Shown: positions 1-10,901, counted from the first letter of the stretch. The stretch: DNA of 64,000 nucleotides from Halarcobacter sp. (GCA_048571215.1 CP182352.1:3520001-3584000), one strand, 5' to 3'. Translations and numbers: made by a program. Notes: generated from the sequence alone by a model not told the origin.

Positions 1-1
1 C

Positions 2-529
2 AAGTTTTGGAGTGATTTTACAAAATTAAAAAAAGTTTTAAATAAACATCTTCCAAATCAAATTAGAATTAAAAATATAAAAAGTGTTCCTAAAGAGTTT
101 CATTCAAGGTTCCATGCAAAAAAAAGAGTTTATAGATATATAGTTACAAATAAAGAGCTTAGTGCTTTTAATTGTAATTATATCTCATATAATAAAAATA
201 TAAATGAAGAAAAAATTAAAGAGGCTATAAAAGAGTATATTGGAGTTCATGACTTTGAGTATTTTCATAAAATAGGTAGTGATAAAGATAATACTGTAAG
301 GGAAGTTTATGATGCTAAGTTTTATAAATATAAAGATATTTATGTTTTTAAGTTTACGGCAAACTCATATTTACGATCACAAATTAGACTTATGGTAGGT
401 TTCTTATTAGCTATTAGTGATAAAAAAGCTACCCTAGAAGATTTAAAAAGTCAGTTAGCAAAAAAGAAAAAAGTATTTAGAATGCCAGCTTCCCCTTATG
501 GCTTATATCTATCGCGGGTATATTACTAA
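2..529 (+). CDS. truA: tRNA pseudouridine(38-40) synthase, 5'-truncated by window edge
   Basis: Frame 2 reads ...LNKHLPNQIRI...EFHSRFHAKKRVYRY...GVHDF...ANSYLRSQIRLMVG...ASPYGLYL; stop TAA 527-529 overlaps the next ATG (TAATG). Confidence 0.92.
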   Translation, partial: KFWSDFTKLKKVLNKHLPNQIRIKNIKSVPKEFHSRFHAKKRVYRYIVTNKELSAFNCNYISYNKNINEEKIKEAIKEYIGVHDFEYFHKIGSDKDNTVREVYDAKFYKYKDIYVFKFTANSYLRSQIRLMVGFLLAISDKKATLEDLKSQLAKKKKVFRMPASPYGLYLSRVYY

Positions 530-3102
530 TGTTACGAAAAAGAAGATTTTATACTTTACAAGATATTAGAAAACATATAGTATATACCCCTTTAATTTTT
601 GTTTTTTTAACTGCAATTATCTCAATTCTAGTAATAATATCTATACAAAATTTTCAAAAAAACAATGAAATAAATCTATACAAACAAAAAGAATCATATA
701 AAAAAACCCAAATATTAGCACAATATATAAATGATGTAAAATTTAATTCAAGTGCAATGTTTGATAAAAATGAGAAAATATTAAACAATGCAGTTATCTC
801 TTTAAAAGCTCTAATTGAGCATTCACCTATCAAGTTAGATTTAAATTTTTTAATAAAAAAGATAAAAGAGTTTGAAAAAGATACTCATCTAGATTTTGTT
901 TTATTTAATAAAAAAAGTTTAAAAGTTTTATATGGTGAACCAAGTATTGATTATCTAAAAACTATTACAAATTCAAGAATCAATATGAAAAAATTTAAAT
1001 TTCATATGTTAGAGAGTATCGCATATATAAGTGATGATAATTTGATTTATTGGATTGATAATCAAAAAAGAAAGATAAGACTGAGTTATTTTAAAGGGAT
1101 AAAAAATAGCAATTGGTTTTTAGGGGCCTTTTCAAAGATTGATGATATGAAGTATTTAACACAGAGTGTTATTTTAGATTCTATTATGAAAAAAAGTAAA
1201 TATTATGAAAATAGCTATTTTTGGTTTTATGATTATGGCTCAAAAAAGGTTTTTAATTATTTTAATAATGAAAAAACATTTAGTGTTGATGAGATTCTAA
1301 AAAAAGATAAAAGTGCATATGCAAATAGAATTTTAATAAAATATTTAAAAAGTGAAAAAGAGTTTGAGGATGTATATGATTTTAAAAAATATAGTTTTTT
1401 AGTTTCTATAAAAAGTAATGAAATTGACAAAATGATTAAAAAAATAGATAAAGAGTATGAATCAAAATTTAGAATCTCAGCAGCTATTGTTATTTTAATC
1501 TCACTTTTTTTGATTGTAGCTTCATTTATTTTTTCGAGGTTTATTAATACAATTTTCTATAGATACAATAAAAGAATAGAAACAAAAAATAAGATGTATA
1601 AAAAGTGGAAAGATAGATATGAACTTGCGATTATCGCTTCAAATGATGGTCTTTGGGATGTGGATTTAGAGACAAATGAGATTTATTTTTCTAAAAAATG
1701 GCTAGAGATGTTTGGTTATGAAGCCTCAGATATAAAAAATATTGATGGATGGTTAAACTTGATTCACCCAGAAGATAAACTTTTAGTTAAAGAGAAGTTA
1801 AAAAATCATTTCAAAGGTAAAAGCTCCCATTTTATTTGTGAATATAGAATTAAAGATAAAAACAATAGATATAAATGGATATTAGTAAGAGGAAAAGCCT
1901 TTAAAGATGAAAAACATTCTAAAAAAAGAATGTTAATGATGTCTATGGATATTCAAGAAAGAAAAAGATTAATAAAAGAGTTAAAATATGTTGATTTATT
2001 GGTAGAATATGGAAGAATAGTTATTTTTAAGTGGAAAAATGATGATAGTTTAACTGTAAATTATGTATCAAAAAGTATAAGCTCTTATGGGTATAGTGTA
2101 GAAGAGTTTGAAAATCAAGAGATTAGATATTTTGACTTTGTATATGAAGAGGATATAAAAAACTTTCTTGAACAATTAAATAAAGCAATAAACAATAATG
2201 AAAAGTCATTTACTCATGTTTATAGGGTTAGAGATAAAAACAATACTTTGCGATGGGTTTTTAATAGAACAATTTTTTTAAAAGATGATTTTGGAAATAT
2301 CACTCATTTGTATGGATATATAAATGATATTACTCAAATGAAACTTACCGAGCAAGAGTTAAAAGATAAAATTGAACAAGAGGTTTTAAAAAATACTGAA
2401 AAAGATAGACTTTTAGTTCATCAAAGTAAATTAGCAGCAATGGGAGAGATGCTTGGAAGTATAGCTCACCAATGGAGACAGCCTTTAAATAATATCAATC
2501 TACTAACATATTTTATAAGAGATAATTTTGAGAAGTTTACCAAAGAACAAATGGATAATACAACAGCAGATATAAATAGACAAATCGATTATATGTCTCA
2601 TACTATTGATGATTTTAGAAATTTTTATCAACCAAATAAGGATAAAGTTAAATTTGATGTAAAAGAGGCTATAGAATCAAGTGCAAAAATAACATCAACC
2701 CAGTTTGAACAAAACGATATATCTCTGAAGATATCAGGTGATGATATACAGATAATAAATTTTCAAAATGAGTTTCAACAAGTTATATTAAATATCTTAA
2801 ACAATGCCATTGATGCAGCACAAATAAAAAAACAAAATAAAGATTTTGATGCTTTAGTGAAAATAGATGTTAAAAGAGTTGAAGATAAGATTATAATAGA
2901 GATAGTTAATAATTGTGGAAAAGCTAGTGATAATGTATTGGAAAGAATGTTTGAACCATATTTTACTACAAAGTTTGAAAACCAAGGTACGGGAATAGGT
3001 TTATATATGACAAAAACAATTATAGAAAAAAATATGAATGGTACAATTGAAGCTGAAAATTATAAAGATGGAGTTCTTTTTAAAATTAATTTACCACTTT
3101 AA
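529..3102 (+). CDS. Membrane sensor histidine kinase (periplasmic Cache-like region, two PAS domains, HisKA, HATPase)
   Basis: Two TM segments; PAS motifs (DGLWD...IHPED, EYRI..K..YKW); H-box IAHQWRQPL; FEPYFTTK and GTGIGLY. Confidence 0.9.
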   Translation: MLRKRRFYTLQDIRKHIVYTPLIFVFLTAIISILVIISIQNFQKNNEINLYKQKESYKKTQILAQYINDVKFNSSAMFDKNEKILNNAVISLKALIEHSPIKLDLNFLIKKIKEFEKDTHLDFVLFNKKSLKVLYGEPSIDYLKTITNSRINMKKFKFHMLESIAYISDDNLIYWIDNQKRKIRLSYFKGIKNSNWFLGAFSKIDDMKYLTQSVILDSIMKKSKYYENSYFWFYDYGSKKVFNYFNNEKTFSVDEILKKDKSAYANRILIKYLKSEKEFEDVYDFKKYSFLVSIKSNEIDKMIKKIDKEYESKFRISAAIVILISLFLIVASFIFSRFINTIFYRYNKRIETKNKMYKKWKDRYELAIIASNDGLWDVDLETNEIYFSKKWLEMFGYEASDIKNIDGWLNLIHPEDKLLVKEKLKNHFKGKSSHFICEYRIKDKNNRYKWILVRGKAFKDEKHSKKRMLMMSMDIQERKRLIKELKYVDLLVEYGRIVIFKWKNDDSLTVNYVSKSISSYGYSVEEFENQEIRYFDFVYEEDIKNFLEQLNKAINNNEKSFTHVYRVRDKNNTLRWVFNRTIFLKDDFGNITHLYGYINDITQMKLTEQELKDKIEQEVLKNTEKDRLLVHQSKLAAMGEMLGSIAHQWRQPLNNINLLTYFIRDNFEKFTKEQMDNTTADINRQIDYMSHTIDDFRNFYQPNKDKVKFDVKEAIESSAKITSTQFEQNDISLKISGDDIQIINFQNEFQQVILNILNNAIDAAQIKKQNKDFDALVKIDVKRVEDKIIIEIVNNCGKASDNVLERMFEPYFTTKFENQGTGIGLYMTKTIIEKNMNGTIEAENYKDGVLFKINLPL

Positions 3103-3113
3103 AAAAACTTTTT

Positions 3114-3122
3114 TGTTATAAT
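3114..3122 (+). promoter_or_regulatory. Putative extended -10 promoter (TGnTATAAT) of the response regulator
   Basis: TGTTATAAT ending 25 nt before ATG 3148. Confidence 0.4.
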
Positions 3123-3147
3123 ACTACAAATTATATGGGATAAGATT

Positions 3148-3873
3148 ATGAAAAAATATATTACAAGAGTTTTACTTGTTGAAGATGAAGATGTAGCAAG
3201 AAAAACTTTATCATTTTATTTAAATACGATTTTTGATGAGGTTGTAACTGCATGTGATGGAAATGAAGCAAATATGATATATAAGAAAAACTTTAACGAA
3301 AAGAAAAGTTTTGATTTAGTACTAACTGATCTTAAAATGCCAAATAAAGATGGTATCACTATGATTGATGAGATTAGAGAGTTAGTGCCAAACCAAAGGT
3401 TTATTATAGTTAGTGCCCACAAAAATGAAGATGATTTACTCAAACTTATCAACTTAAGAGTACTAGGTTATTTTGTAAAACCTTTAAATATTGATAATAT
3501 GATGGAGATGTTAAAAAAAGCAAAAGAGGAAGTTCTAGCAGATAATAACAGCAGCCTAGAAGAGGAAAATAACTTATTAACATTAAATAGTAGATATACC
3601 TATGATAAATTAAACAATAAGCTCTACAATGAACAAAATATAGTTAAATTATCAAAAAAAGAGTTAGATATCTTAATGGTTTTGATTAATCATCTAGGCG
3701 AAGTAGTTCCCGTTGAAAAGTTTAAAGAGGTTGTTTGGGATGATATAAATACAAATGATTCTGCTTTTAGAACGGTTATGAAAAGATTAAAAGATAAGGT
3801 TAAAGAAGACGATTTTATAATCTCTCATAAGGGTTTTGGTTATATTATTGAAAAGAAACTTGTAAAAAATTAA
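3148..3873 (+). CDS. OmpR-family response regulator
   Basis: LLVEDE, LTDLKMP, VKP receiver motifs; C-terminal winged helix ending HKGFGY. Confidence 0.9.
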   Translation: MKKYITRVLLVEDEDVARKTLSFYLNTIFDEVVTACDGNEANMIYKKNFNEKKSFDLVLTDLKMPNKDGITMIDEIRELVPNQRFIIVSAHKNEDDLLKLINLRVLGYFVKPLNIDNMMEMLKKAKEEVLADNNSSLEEENNLLTLNSRYTYDKLNNKLYNEQNIVKLSKKELDILMVLINHLGEVVPVEKFKEVVWDDINTNDSAFRTVMKRLKDKVKEDDFIISHKGFGYIIEKKLVKN

Positions 3874-3876
3874 TCT

Positions 3877-3905
3877 ATAAAAGAGACGAAAATCGTCTCT
3901 TTTAT
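3877..3905. terminator. Bidirectional intrinsic terminator
   Basis: ATAAAAGAGACG-AAAAT-CGTCTCTTTTAT hairpin between convergent genes. Confidence 0.75.
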
Positions 3906-6010
3906 ATTTTCTCTTCTAAAGGTTTTCCACCTCTTTTTTGAAAAATATACATCCCTACAAAGATTGCTATACCTATTACATATGATAAATAGTGTGACGG
4001 AAGAGCTAAATGTGCTTCTATAATTTTTGGTAAAAACATAAAAGGTACAATAGCTAAAAATATAAATCTTTCTATAACATTTATTTTTTTGACAAAATAC
4101 CCTTGCGTAAAGCATGAGAATGCCATCATCCCAATAAATGCAGTTGTAAAGATTATAGCTATTTCTATAGGATTAGTTATCCATACCCAACCATCTGGGT
4201 TTGCTGGATTTAGTGGGTCAACTTCTGAGATAAGTAGAAGTTCTGAGTTAAAAAAGAACATAAAAGGTAATATGGCTGTTCTAATATCATATTTGAACCC
4301 TTGAATACCAGTTTTAATTGGATCTGCTTTTGCAATACCCGCAGCAGCATAGGCTGCAAGTCCAACAGGTGGGGTGTCATCTGCTAAGATACCAAAATAA
4401 AATACAAATAGATGAGCTGCAATAGCAGGTACTAAGTATCCATTATCTTGTGCTAAGATTAAGATTACAGGTGCTGTTAAAGATGCCATTACTATATAGT
4501 TAGCAGTTGTAGGAAGACCCATTCCTAAGATTAGTGAAATAAGACCTGCTAAAATAAGGATAATAAAAATATTTCCATCTGATAATGTTTCTATCACATC
4601 TAGTAAAACTTGTCCAAGTCCTGTTAATGTTATGGAACCAACAACAATACCAGCTAAAGCAGTTGCTATTGCTATTGGAATCATATTTTTAGCACCACTA
4701 ATCATTCCTGCTAAAATATCTACAAACCCAGACAATAATACATCTCTTGTGATTTTTTCTTTTGCTAAAAAGGCCCTAAATGGATGTTGCACTACCATAA
4801 GAAGCATTAAAAGCATAATAGCATTATATGCAGCACTAGCAGCACTTTCCCTTAAAACCATCAAGGTAAAGAGCAAGAAAAATATTGGTATTAGATAGTG
4901 AATACCTCTTATAAAAGTTTTAAATTTTGGAGGAAGATCCTCTTTATCCATCCCTTTTAGTCCAAGCTTTAAAGCTTCTAAATGCACAATATAAAAAAGT
5001 GCAAAATATGAAACAAAAGCAGGTATAAAAGCTGCAAAAATTACATCTGTATATGATAGACCTAAAAATTCTGCAATAATAAAAGCTGCTGCACCCATTA
5101 CCGGAGGCATTAATTGACCATTAGTGGAAGCTGCAACTTCAACGGCACCTGCTTGTTCAGGTCTAAACCCAGTACGCTTCATAAGTGGAATTGTAAAAGT
5201 ACCTGTAGTAACAGTATTAGCAATAGATGAACCACTCATAATCCCCGTAAAACCTGAGGCTACAACAGCAGCTTTTGCTGGACCACCTCTAAATCTTCCA
5301 AGTAGAGAAAACGCAAGATTGATAAAATATTCTCCAGCTCCTGCTTTATCTAAAAGTGAACCAAAAAGTACAAATAGAAATACAAAACCAGTTGAAACTC
5401 CTAAAGGTACCCCAAAAATTCCCTCTGTTGTTAAAAACATATGGCCTGCAAGTTTATTCAAGCTGGCACCCTTATGGATAATAAGTTCGGGCATATATGG
5501 ACCTAAAATATCATAAGAGATAAAAACAATTGCAATGATTGAAAGGGCAAGACCAAGTACTCTTCTTCCTGCTTCTAATAGTATAACTATACCAATTAGG
5601 GCAACAATAATATCTACTTGTGTGTAATCTCCTGGTCTTAAAGCTAAATCTTCAAAGAAAAAAGCAATATATCCTGCTGTACAAAGTCCTATTGCTGCTA
5701 GGGTATAACCAAACCACCTTATCTTTTTCAAAAAATATTCTCTTCTCATCATTGGGTAAATCATAAAAGCTAAAAGTAAAGCAAAAGATAGGTGTATAGA
5801 CCTAGATATGGTAGAGTTTGTTGGTTCTATTACAATATATAATTGAAACAAAGACCACACTAAAGCTATTGTAGAGATAATCCAAAATTCATAATGTTCT
5901 TTCCCAAAGACTCTTTGTCCTTCAAGTTCATTTAAAACCTTTCTAGATTCCTCTGCTTGTTCATCCTCAAGTTCTTTTAATGTATGGGGTTTTTCGTGAT
6001 AAATATCCAT
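3902..6010 (-). CDS. TRAP transporter fused permease (4TM/12TM, TAXI type)
   Basis: Many TM segments; GRFRGGPAKAAV, SGSSIANTVTTG, GQLMPPVMGAAAF, TPPVGLAAYAAA motifs. Confidence 0.93.
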   Translation of the reverse strand: MDIYHEKPHTLKELEDEQAEESRKVLNELEGQRVFGKEHYEFWIISTIALVWSLFQLYIVIEPTNSTISRSIHLSFALLLAFMIYPMMRREYFLKKIRWFGYTLAAIGLCTAGYIAFFFEDLALRPGDYTQVDIIVALIGIVILLEAGRRVLGLALSIIAIVFISYDILGPYMPELIIHKGASLNKLAGHMFLTTEGIFGVPLGVSTGFVFLFVLFGSLLDKAGAGEYFINLAFSLLGRFRGGPAKAAVVASGFTGIMSGSSIANTVTTGTFTIPLMKRTGFRPEQAGAVEVAASTNGQLMPPVMGAAAFIIAEFLGLSYTDVIFAAFIPAFVSYFALFYIVHLEALKLGLKGMDKEDLPPKFKTFIRGIHYLIPIFFLLFTLMVLRESAASAAYNAIMLLMLLMVVQHPFRAFLAKEKITRDVLLSGFVDILAGMISGAKNMIPIAIATALAGIVVGSITLTGLGQVLLDVIETLSDGNIFIILILAGLISLILGMGLPTTANYIVMASLTAPVILILAQDNGYLVPAIAAHLFVFYFGILADDTPPVGLAAYAAAGIAKADPIKTGIQGFKYDIRTAILPFMFFFNSELLLISEVDPLNPANPDGWVWITNPIEIAIIFTTAFIGMMAFSCFTQGYFVKKINVIERFIFLAIVPFMFLPKIIEAHLALPSHYLSYVIGIAIFVGMYIFQKRGGKPLEEKI

Positions 6011-6079
6011 AATATCTTCCTTGTGAATTTTATTATATGTAATTTAATTGTGGCAAAATCATATATAATAAAACAGTCT

Positions 6080-6104
6080 ATTCAAAGGCGTAAAGCCTTT
6101 GAAT
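6080..6104 (-). terminator. Hairpin downstream of the TAXI gene (terminator or mRNA stabiliser)
   Basis: ATTCAAAGGC-GTAAA-GCCTTTGAAT. Confidence 0.55.
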
Positions 6105-6113
6105 TAGTTTAGA

Positions 6114-7085
6114 TTATAATAATCCAGCCTCTTTAAAGTATTTTTTTGCACCTTCATGTAAAGGAGCACTTAAACCATCAAGTAATGATTTTTTTGTAAT
6201 ATTAGCATATGCAGGATGAAGTTTTTTGAAAGCATCAAAGTTTTCTAAAATTGCTTTTACTAATGTATATACCGCTTTATCACTTACATCTGTACTTGAA
6301 ACTAAAACAGCTTTTACACCAAATGTAGGAACAGGAGTATCAACACCTCTATAGATTCCAGCAGGAACATCAGCTTGTGCAAAGTATGGATTTGCTTTTA
6401 CAAACTTATCAACTACAGGACCATTTATAGGAGTGATTCTAATATCAACTGAGTTTGATGCATCTTTAATATTTGCAGTTGGATGTCCAACCATGTAGAA
6501 ATATCCATCAATTTTATTATCTCTTAAAGCATCAGGTGCTTCACCAGCTTTTAAAACCCCAGCAAATGCTAAATCATCTTTACTAATGCCAATTGCTTTA
6601 AATAGTGCTAAAGCTGTTGCTTCATTACCACTTCCTGGATTTCCTAAATTGATTCTTTTCCCTTTAACATCCATTATACTTTTGATACCAGCTTCTTTTC
6701 TTGTAACTAAAGTAAATAGTTCAGGATAGATAGCCATTACAGATCTAAGTTTTTTAACAGGTTCACCTTTAAATTTCTTTTGACCATTTGCAGCTTGATA
6801 TACAACATCAGATTGTGCAATACCAAAATCTAATTCACCATTTTTGATTGTGTTAATATTGTATACAGAACCACCAGTTGATTCAACAGAACATCTGATT
6901 TTTGTCTCTTTTTTATACTTATTAACAAGTCTACATACTGCACCACCTGTTGGATAGTAAGTACCTGTTACACTACCTGTACCGATAGTAATAAATTCAG
7001 CAGCAAAAGCTGGAATAGTTAATGCAGAAGCTACAACAGCAGCTGCAATCTTTTTACCCATAGGGATCCCATTTATTCTCAACAT
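6114..7085 (-). CDS. TAXI-family TRAP solute-binding protein
   Basis: Signal peptide; IGTGSVTGTYY, STGGSVYN, GNPGSG, PLHEGA motifs; AAGGAG SD before ATG. Confidence 0.93.
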   Translation of the reverse strand: MLRINGIPMGKKIAAAVVASALTIPAFAAEFITIGTGSVTGTYYPTGGAVCRLVNKYKKETKIRCSVESTGGSVYNINTIKNGELDFGIAQSDVVYQAANGQKKFKGEPVKKLRSVMAIYPELFTLVTRKEAGIKSIMDVKGKRINLGNPGSGNEATALALFKAIGISKDDLAFAGVLKAGEAPDALRDNKIDGYFYMVGHPTANIKDASNSVDIRITPINGPVVDKFVKANPYFAQADVPAGIYRGVDTPVPTFGVKAVLVSSTDVSDKAVYTLVKAILENFDAFKKLHPAYANITKKSLLDGLSAPLHEGAKKYFKEAGLL

Positions 7086-7249
7086 ATTATCTCCTTTTGA
7101 TATAGATTAAGCTAATTAAAGTTTAATTGTGAATAATAAACACAATTACTAGTCAAAAGTATAACATAGTTATATAAAAGTTGTATAAAAATTTCAACTA
7201 ATAAAATTTATATATACAAAATATATAAAAAATTTTTTTATAAAAAAGA

Positions 7250-7270
7250 CTTGACATTTACACACTCATA
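7250..7270. promoter_or_regulatory. HAIR-like (HspR) operator overlapping the promoter
   Basis: CTTGACA-N7-ACTCATA versus HAIR consensus CTTGAGT-N7-ACTCAAG. Confidence 0.5.
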
Positions 7271-7279
7271 TAGTATAAT
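7251..7279 (+). promoter_or_regulatory. Sigma70 promoter of hrcA-grpE-dnaK
   Basis: TTGACA (7251-7256), 17-nt spacer, TATAAT (7274-7279). Confidence 0.85.
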
Positions 7280-7283
7280 CATT

Positions 7284-7310
7284 TTAGCAGTTTAAGATTA
7301 GAAGTGCTAA
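7284..7310. promoter_or_regulatory. CIRCE operator (HrcA site)
   Basis: TTAGCAGTT-N9-AAGTGCTAA versus consensus TTAGCACTC-N9-GAGTGCTAA, just downstream of the -10 and upstream of hrcA. Confidence 0.85.
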
Positions 7311-7320
7311 AATATAAAAA

Positions 7321-8121
7321 GTGAATATGAAAATGGACAAAAAAGAGTTTTTATTACACTCAATTATTAAAGCATATATTGAGCATTTAGAACCAATTGG
7401 ATCATCTCAATTGAAATCTATGTATGATATTACATATTCACCTGCAACTATTAGAGGTTACTTTAAAAAGTTAGGTGATGAAGGATTTTTAGCTCAAGAG
7501 CATGTAAGTAGTGGGAGAACTCCAACTACTGAAGCTTTAAAGCTTTATTGGAATGAGAAAATAGATTTTAAGTTAGACTTTGTTGATGAGAAGGCAATAG
7601 AATATTTTGCACACGAAATAGGTTTATCTGTTTTTTTACAAGAACAAAAATCTGATGTGTTGAAAAATATTTTGAATGTTGAAAACAGATATATGATATT
7701 GGAGTTTTCTTCTTTTGCCATAACAGTAAAGTTTACTGATCCCTTGTATAGATTTTTAAATGATATGGTAGGTTTGGAGCTTACACATATTGTTAATATA
7801 TCTAAACAAGTTGGAGCAATTGAGATTTATGAGAAGGTTAGTCAATATTTGCAAAATAAGAATTTTCATATTTATAATACAAAAGAGTTTTTCTCTTTAG
7901 CACTTAATTATAACTTTGACGAAAGAAGTATTAACTCTTTTTTAAAAGGTAGAATTTTAGACTCAATTGATGAAGGTTTGTATTTTGATAATATAATTCC
8001 ACAAGGGTACATCGCTATTTGTCATAATTGTAAAATACAAAATATAGACACTAAGATGTTAGTTGTTGGAGAATTATCAAAAGATTATGAATATTTCTAT
8101 AATAAAATTAGTATGGTTTAG
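7321..8121 (+). CDS. hrcA: Heat-inducible transcription repressor HrcA (short epsilonproteobacterial type); start may be ATG 7327 or 7333
   Basis: PIGS, SPATIR, HVSSGRTPT motifs; upstream of grpE-dnaK. Confidence 0.93.
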   Translation: MNMKMDKKEFLLHSIIKAYIEHLEPIGSSQLKSMYDITYSPATIRGYFKKLGDEGFLAQEHVSSGRTPTTEALKLYWNEKIDFKLDFVDEKAIEYFAHEIGLSVFLQEQKSDVLKNILNVENRYMILEFSSFAITVKFTDPLYRFLNDMVGLELTHIVNISKQVGAIEIYEKVSQYLQNKNFHIYNTKEFFSLALNYNFDERSINSFLKGRILDSIDEGLYFDNIIPQGYIAICHNCKIQNIDTKMLVVGELSKDYEYFYNKISMV

Positions 8122-8130
8122 GAGATTAGT

Positions 8131-8712
8131 TTGAGCGAAAAAACTGAAAATATACAAGAAGAATTGAATGAACAAGGTCAAGAAGAGCAAAATGTCGAGC
8201 TTGTTGATGATTCAAAAGAGCAAGAGAGTAAAGAATCAACTTCAGAAGACAAAATTGCAGAACTTGAAACTAAATTAAAAGAGTGTGAAGATAAATATTT
8301 AAGAGTTCATGCCGATTTTGAAAACATTAAAAAAAGATTGGAAAAAGAAAAGTATCAAGCAATAGATTATGCAAGTGAAAAGTTTGCAAAAGATTTACTT
8401 TCACCGATTGATACTTTAGAGATGGCATTAGCGGCTGAAGAAGCTTCGAAAGAATTGCCAACTGAAGAACTTTTAGCAAAGTTAAAAGAGGGTGTAGAGC
8501 TTACGATTAAGAATTTTTATACAGCCTTTGAAAAACATGATATTACAATAGTTGATACAGATGGTGAATTTGATCCAAATTACCATGATGCAGTTATGCA
8601 AGTAGATAGTATAGATCATGAAGATGGACAAATTGTTCAAAGACTTCAAAAAGGGTATAAGTTCAAAGACAGGTTATTAAGACCTGCGATGGTTAGTATT
8701 TGTAAAAAGTAA
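8131..8712 (+). CDS. grpE: Nucleotide exchange factor GrpE
   Basis: [31 protein letters not shown]. Confidence 0.97.
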   Translation: MSEKTENIQEELNEQGQEEQNVELVDDSKEQESKESTSEDKIAELETKLKECEDKYLRVHADFENIKKRLEKEKYQAIDYASEKFAKDLLSPIDTLEMALAAEEASKELPTEELLAKLKEGVELTIKNFYTAFEKHDITIVDTDGEFDPNYHDAVMQVDSIDHEDGQIVQRLQKGYKFKDRLLRPAMVSICKK

Positions 8713-8726
8713 AACTTTTTACAAAT

Positions 8727-8798
8727 AAATGAATAGGGAATAAGTAATAATGAATAATAAAAAATCATTATTCGCTATTCACTATTAGTTATTCATTT
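8727..8798. repeat. Imperfect inverted repeat built from 7-bp units
   Basis: AAATGAATAGGGAATAAGTAATAATGAATAA ... TTATTCGCTATTCACTATTAGTTATTCATTT. Confidence 0.5.
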
Positions 8799-8987
8799 GA
8801 AGCGAAGCTTCAATGACCGTAATGTCATAAAACTATAAATATAAAATATAAACAACAATGAAGGTGAAATAAACAAGCTTCTGCTTGTCCTTTAGGATTG
8901 GTTCTTAGTTTGAATTTATTTCAAGCGTTAAAGAACATTAGATATGAAAGGTCCCTTCATTTTATAAAATAAAATTAAGGAATTAAA

Positions 8988-10883
8988 ATGAGTAAAGTTA
9001 TTGGTATAGATTTAGGTACAACAAACTCTTGTATGGCAGTTTATGAAGGTGGTGATGCAAAGGTTATTCCTAATAAAGAGGGAAAAAACACAACACCTTC
9101 TATTGTTGCTTTTACAGATAAAGGTGAGGTTTTAGTTGGTGATCCAGCAAAAAGACAAGCTATTACAAACCCTGAAAAAACTATTTATTCTGTAAAAAGA
9201 ATTATGGGTTTAATGATGGATGAAGAAAATGCTAAAGAAGCACAAGAAAAAGTTGGATATAAAATTGTAAATAGAAATGGTGCAGCAGCAGTTGAAATTG
9301 GAGATAAAGTATATACTCCTCAAGAGATTTCTGCAAAAATTTTAGGTAAATTAAAAACTGATGCAGAAGAGTATTTAGGACAAGCTGTAACTGATGCAGT
9401 TATTACTGTACCTGCATACTTCAATGATGCACAAAGAAAAGCGACTCAAGAAGCAGGAACAATTGCAGGACTTAATGTATTAAGAATTATCAATGAGCCA
9501 ACAGCTGCATCATTAGCTTATGGACTTGATAAAAAAGGTGAAGAAAAAGTTCTTGTATACGATTTAGGTGGTGGTACATTTGACGTTACTGTTCTAGAAA
9601 TTGGTGATGGAACATTTGAAGTACTTTCAACTGATGGTAATGCATTCCTAGGTGGAGATGACTTTGATAATAGAATTATTGATTGGTTAGCAAAAGAGTT
9701 CAAAGATGAAAACGGATTTGATATCAAAACTGATAAAATGGCATTACAAAGATTAAAAGATGCAGCTGAAAATGCGAAAAAAGAGCTTTCATCTGCTGAA
9801 TCAACAGAGATTAACTTACCATTTATCTCTATGGGAAATGCAGGACCAGTTCACTTAGTTAAATCATTAACAAGAGCAAAATTTGAGTCAATGACTGAAG
9901 ATTTAATCAAAGAAACTTTAGATCATATTAAAACTGCTCTTAAAGATGCAGGTTTAGATAAAGGTGATATTCAAGAGATTATTATGGTTGGTGGATCTAC
10001 TAGATTACCAAAAGCAAATTCTGTTGTTAAAGAATTCTTTGGAAAAGATTTAAATAAAGGTGTAAACCCAGATGAAGTTGTTGCCGCTGGTGCTGCTGTT
10101 CAAGCTGGTGTATTAAAAGGTGATGTTAAAGATGTATTATTACTAGATGTTACTCCTTTATCACTTGGTATTGAAACTTTAGGTGGAGTATTAACAAAAC
10201 TTATTGAAAAAGGTACTACAATTCCAGTTAAAAAATCTCAAGTTTTCTCAACTGCTGAAGATAATCAACCAGCAGTATCTATTCATGTAGGTCAAGGGGA
10301 AAGAGAATTTGCAAAAGATAACAAATCTTTAGGTATGTTTGAATTATCAGATATTCCAGCAGCACCAAGAGGTGTTCCTCAAATTGAAGTAACATTTGAT
10401 ATTGATGCAAATGGGGTTTTAAATGTAAGTGCTAAAGATAAAGGTACTGGAAAAGAAAACAAAATTACTATCTCTGGTTCATCTGGATTAAGTGATGAAG
10501 AGATTGAAAAAATGGTAAATGAAGCAGAAGCTAATAAAGAAGCAGATGCTAAGAAAAAAGAGGTAATTGAGATTAGAAATCAAGCTGATGCTTTATTACA
10601 CTCAACAAGAAAAACTTTAGAAGAAAATGAAAGTGCTGTTTCAGAAGAAGAGAAACAAAAAATCATTGATGCAGCAGCAGCTTTAGAAGAAACTTTAAAA
10701 GATGAAAATGCTACAAAAGAGCAAATTGAAGAGAAAGTAAAAGCTTTAACTGAGGTTTCTCATAAATTAGCTGAAGCAATGTATAAAAAAGAGGGTGGTG
10801 ACCAAGCAGGTGCTGCTGGTGCACAACCAAATGCAAAAGCTAAAAAAGATGACGATGATGTTATCGATGCTGAGGTTGAATAA
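8988..10883 (+). CDS. dnaK: Chaperone DnaK (Hsp70)
   Basis: [26 protein letters not shown]-terminal DAEVE. Confidence 0.99.
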   Translation: MSKVIGIDLGTTNSCMAVYEGGDAKVIPNKEGKNTTPSIVAFTDKGEVLVGDPAKRQAITNPEKTIYSVKRIMGLMMDEENAKEAQEKVGYKIVNRNGAAAVEIGDKVYTPQEISAKILGKLKTDAEEYLGQAVTDAVITVPAYFNDAQRKATQEAGTIAGLNVLRIINEPTAASLAYGLDKKGEEKVLVYDLGGGTFDVTVLEIGDGTFEVLSTDGNAFLGGDDFDNRIIDWLAKEFKDENGFDIKTDKMALQRLKDAAENAKKELSSAESTEINLPFISMGNAGPVHLVKSLTRAKFESMTEDLIKETLDHIKTALKDAGLDKGDIQEIIMVGGSTRLPKANSVVKEFFGKDLNKGVNPDEVVAAGAAVQAGVLKGDVKDVLLLDVTPLSLGIETLGGVLTKLIEKGTTIPVKKSQVFSTAEDNQPAVSIHVGQGEREFAKDNKSLGMFELSDIPAAPRGVPQIEVTFDIDANGVLNVSAKDKGTGKENKITISGSSGLSDEEIEKMVNEAEANKEADAKKKEVIEIRNQADALLHSTRKTLEENESAVSEEEKQKIIDAAAALEETLKDENATKEQIEEKVKALTEVSHKLAEAMYKKEGGDQAGAAGAQPNAKAKKDDDDVIDAEVE

Positions 10884-10901
10884 TATCTAGTTTGTAAGTT
10901 T

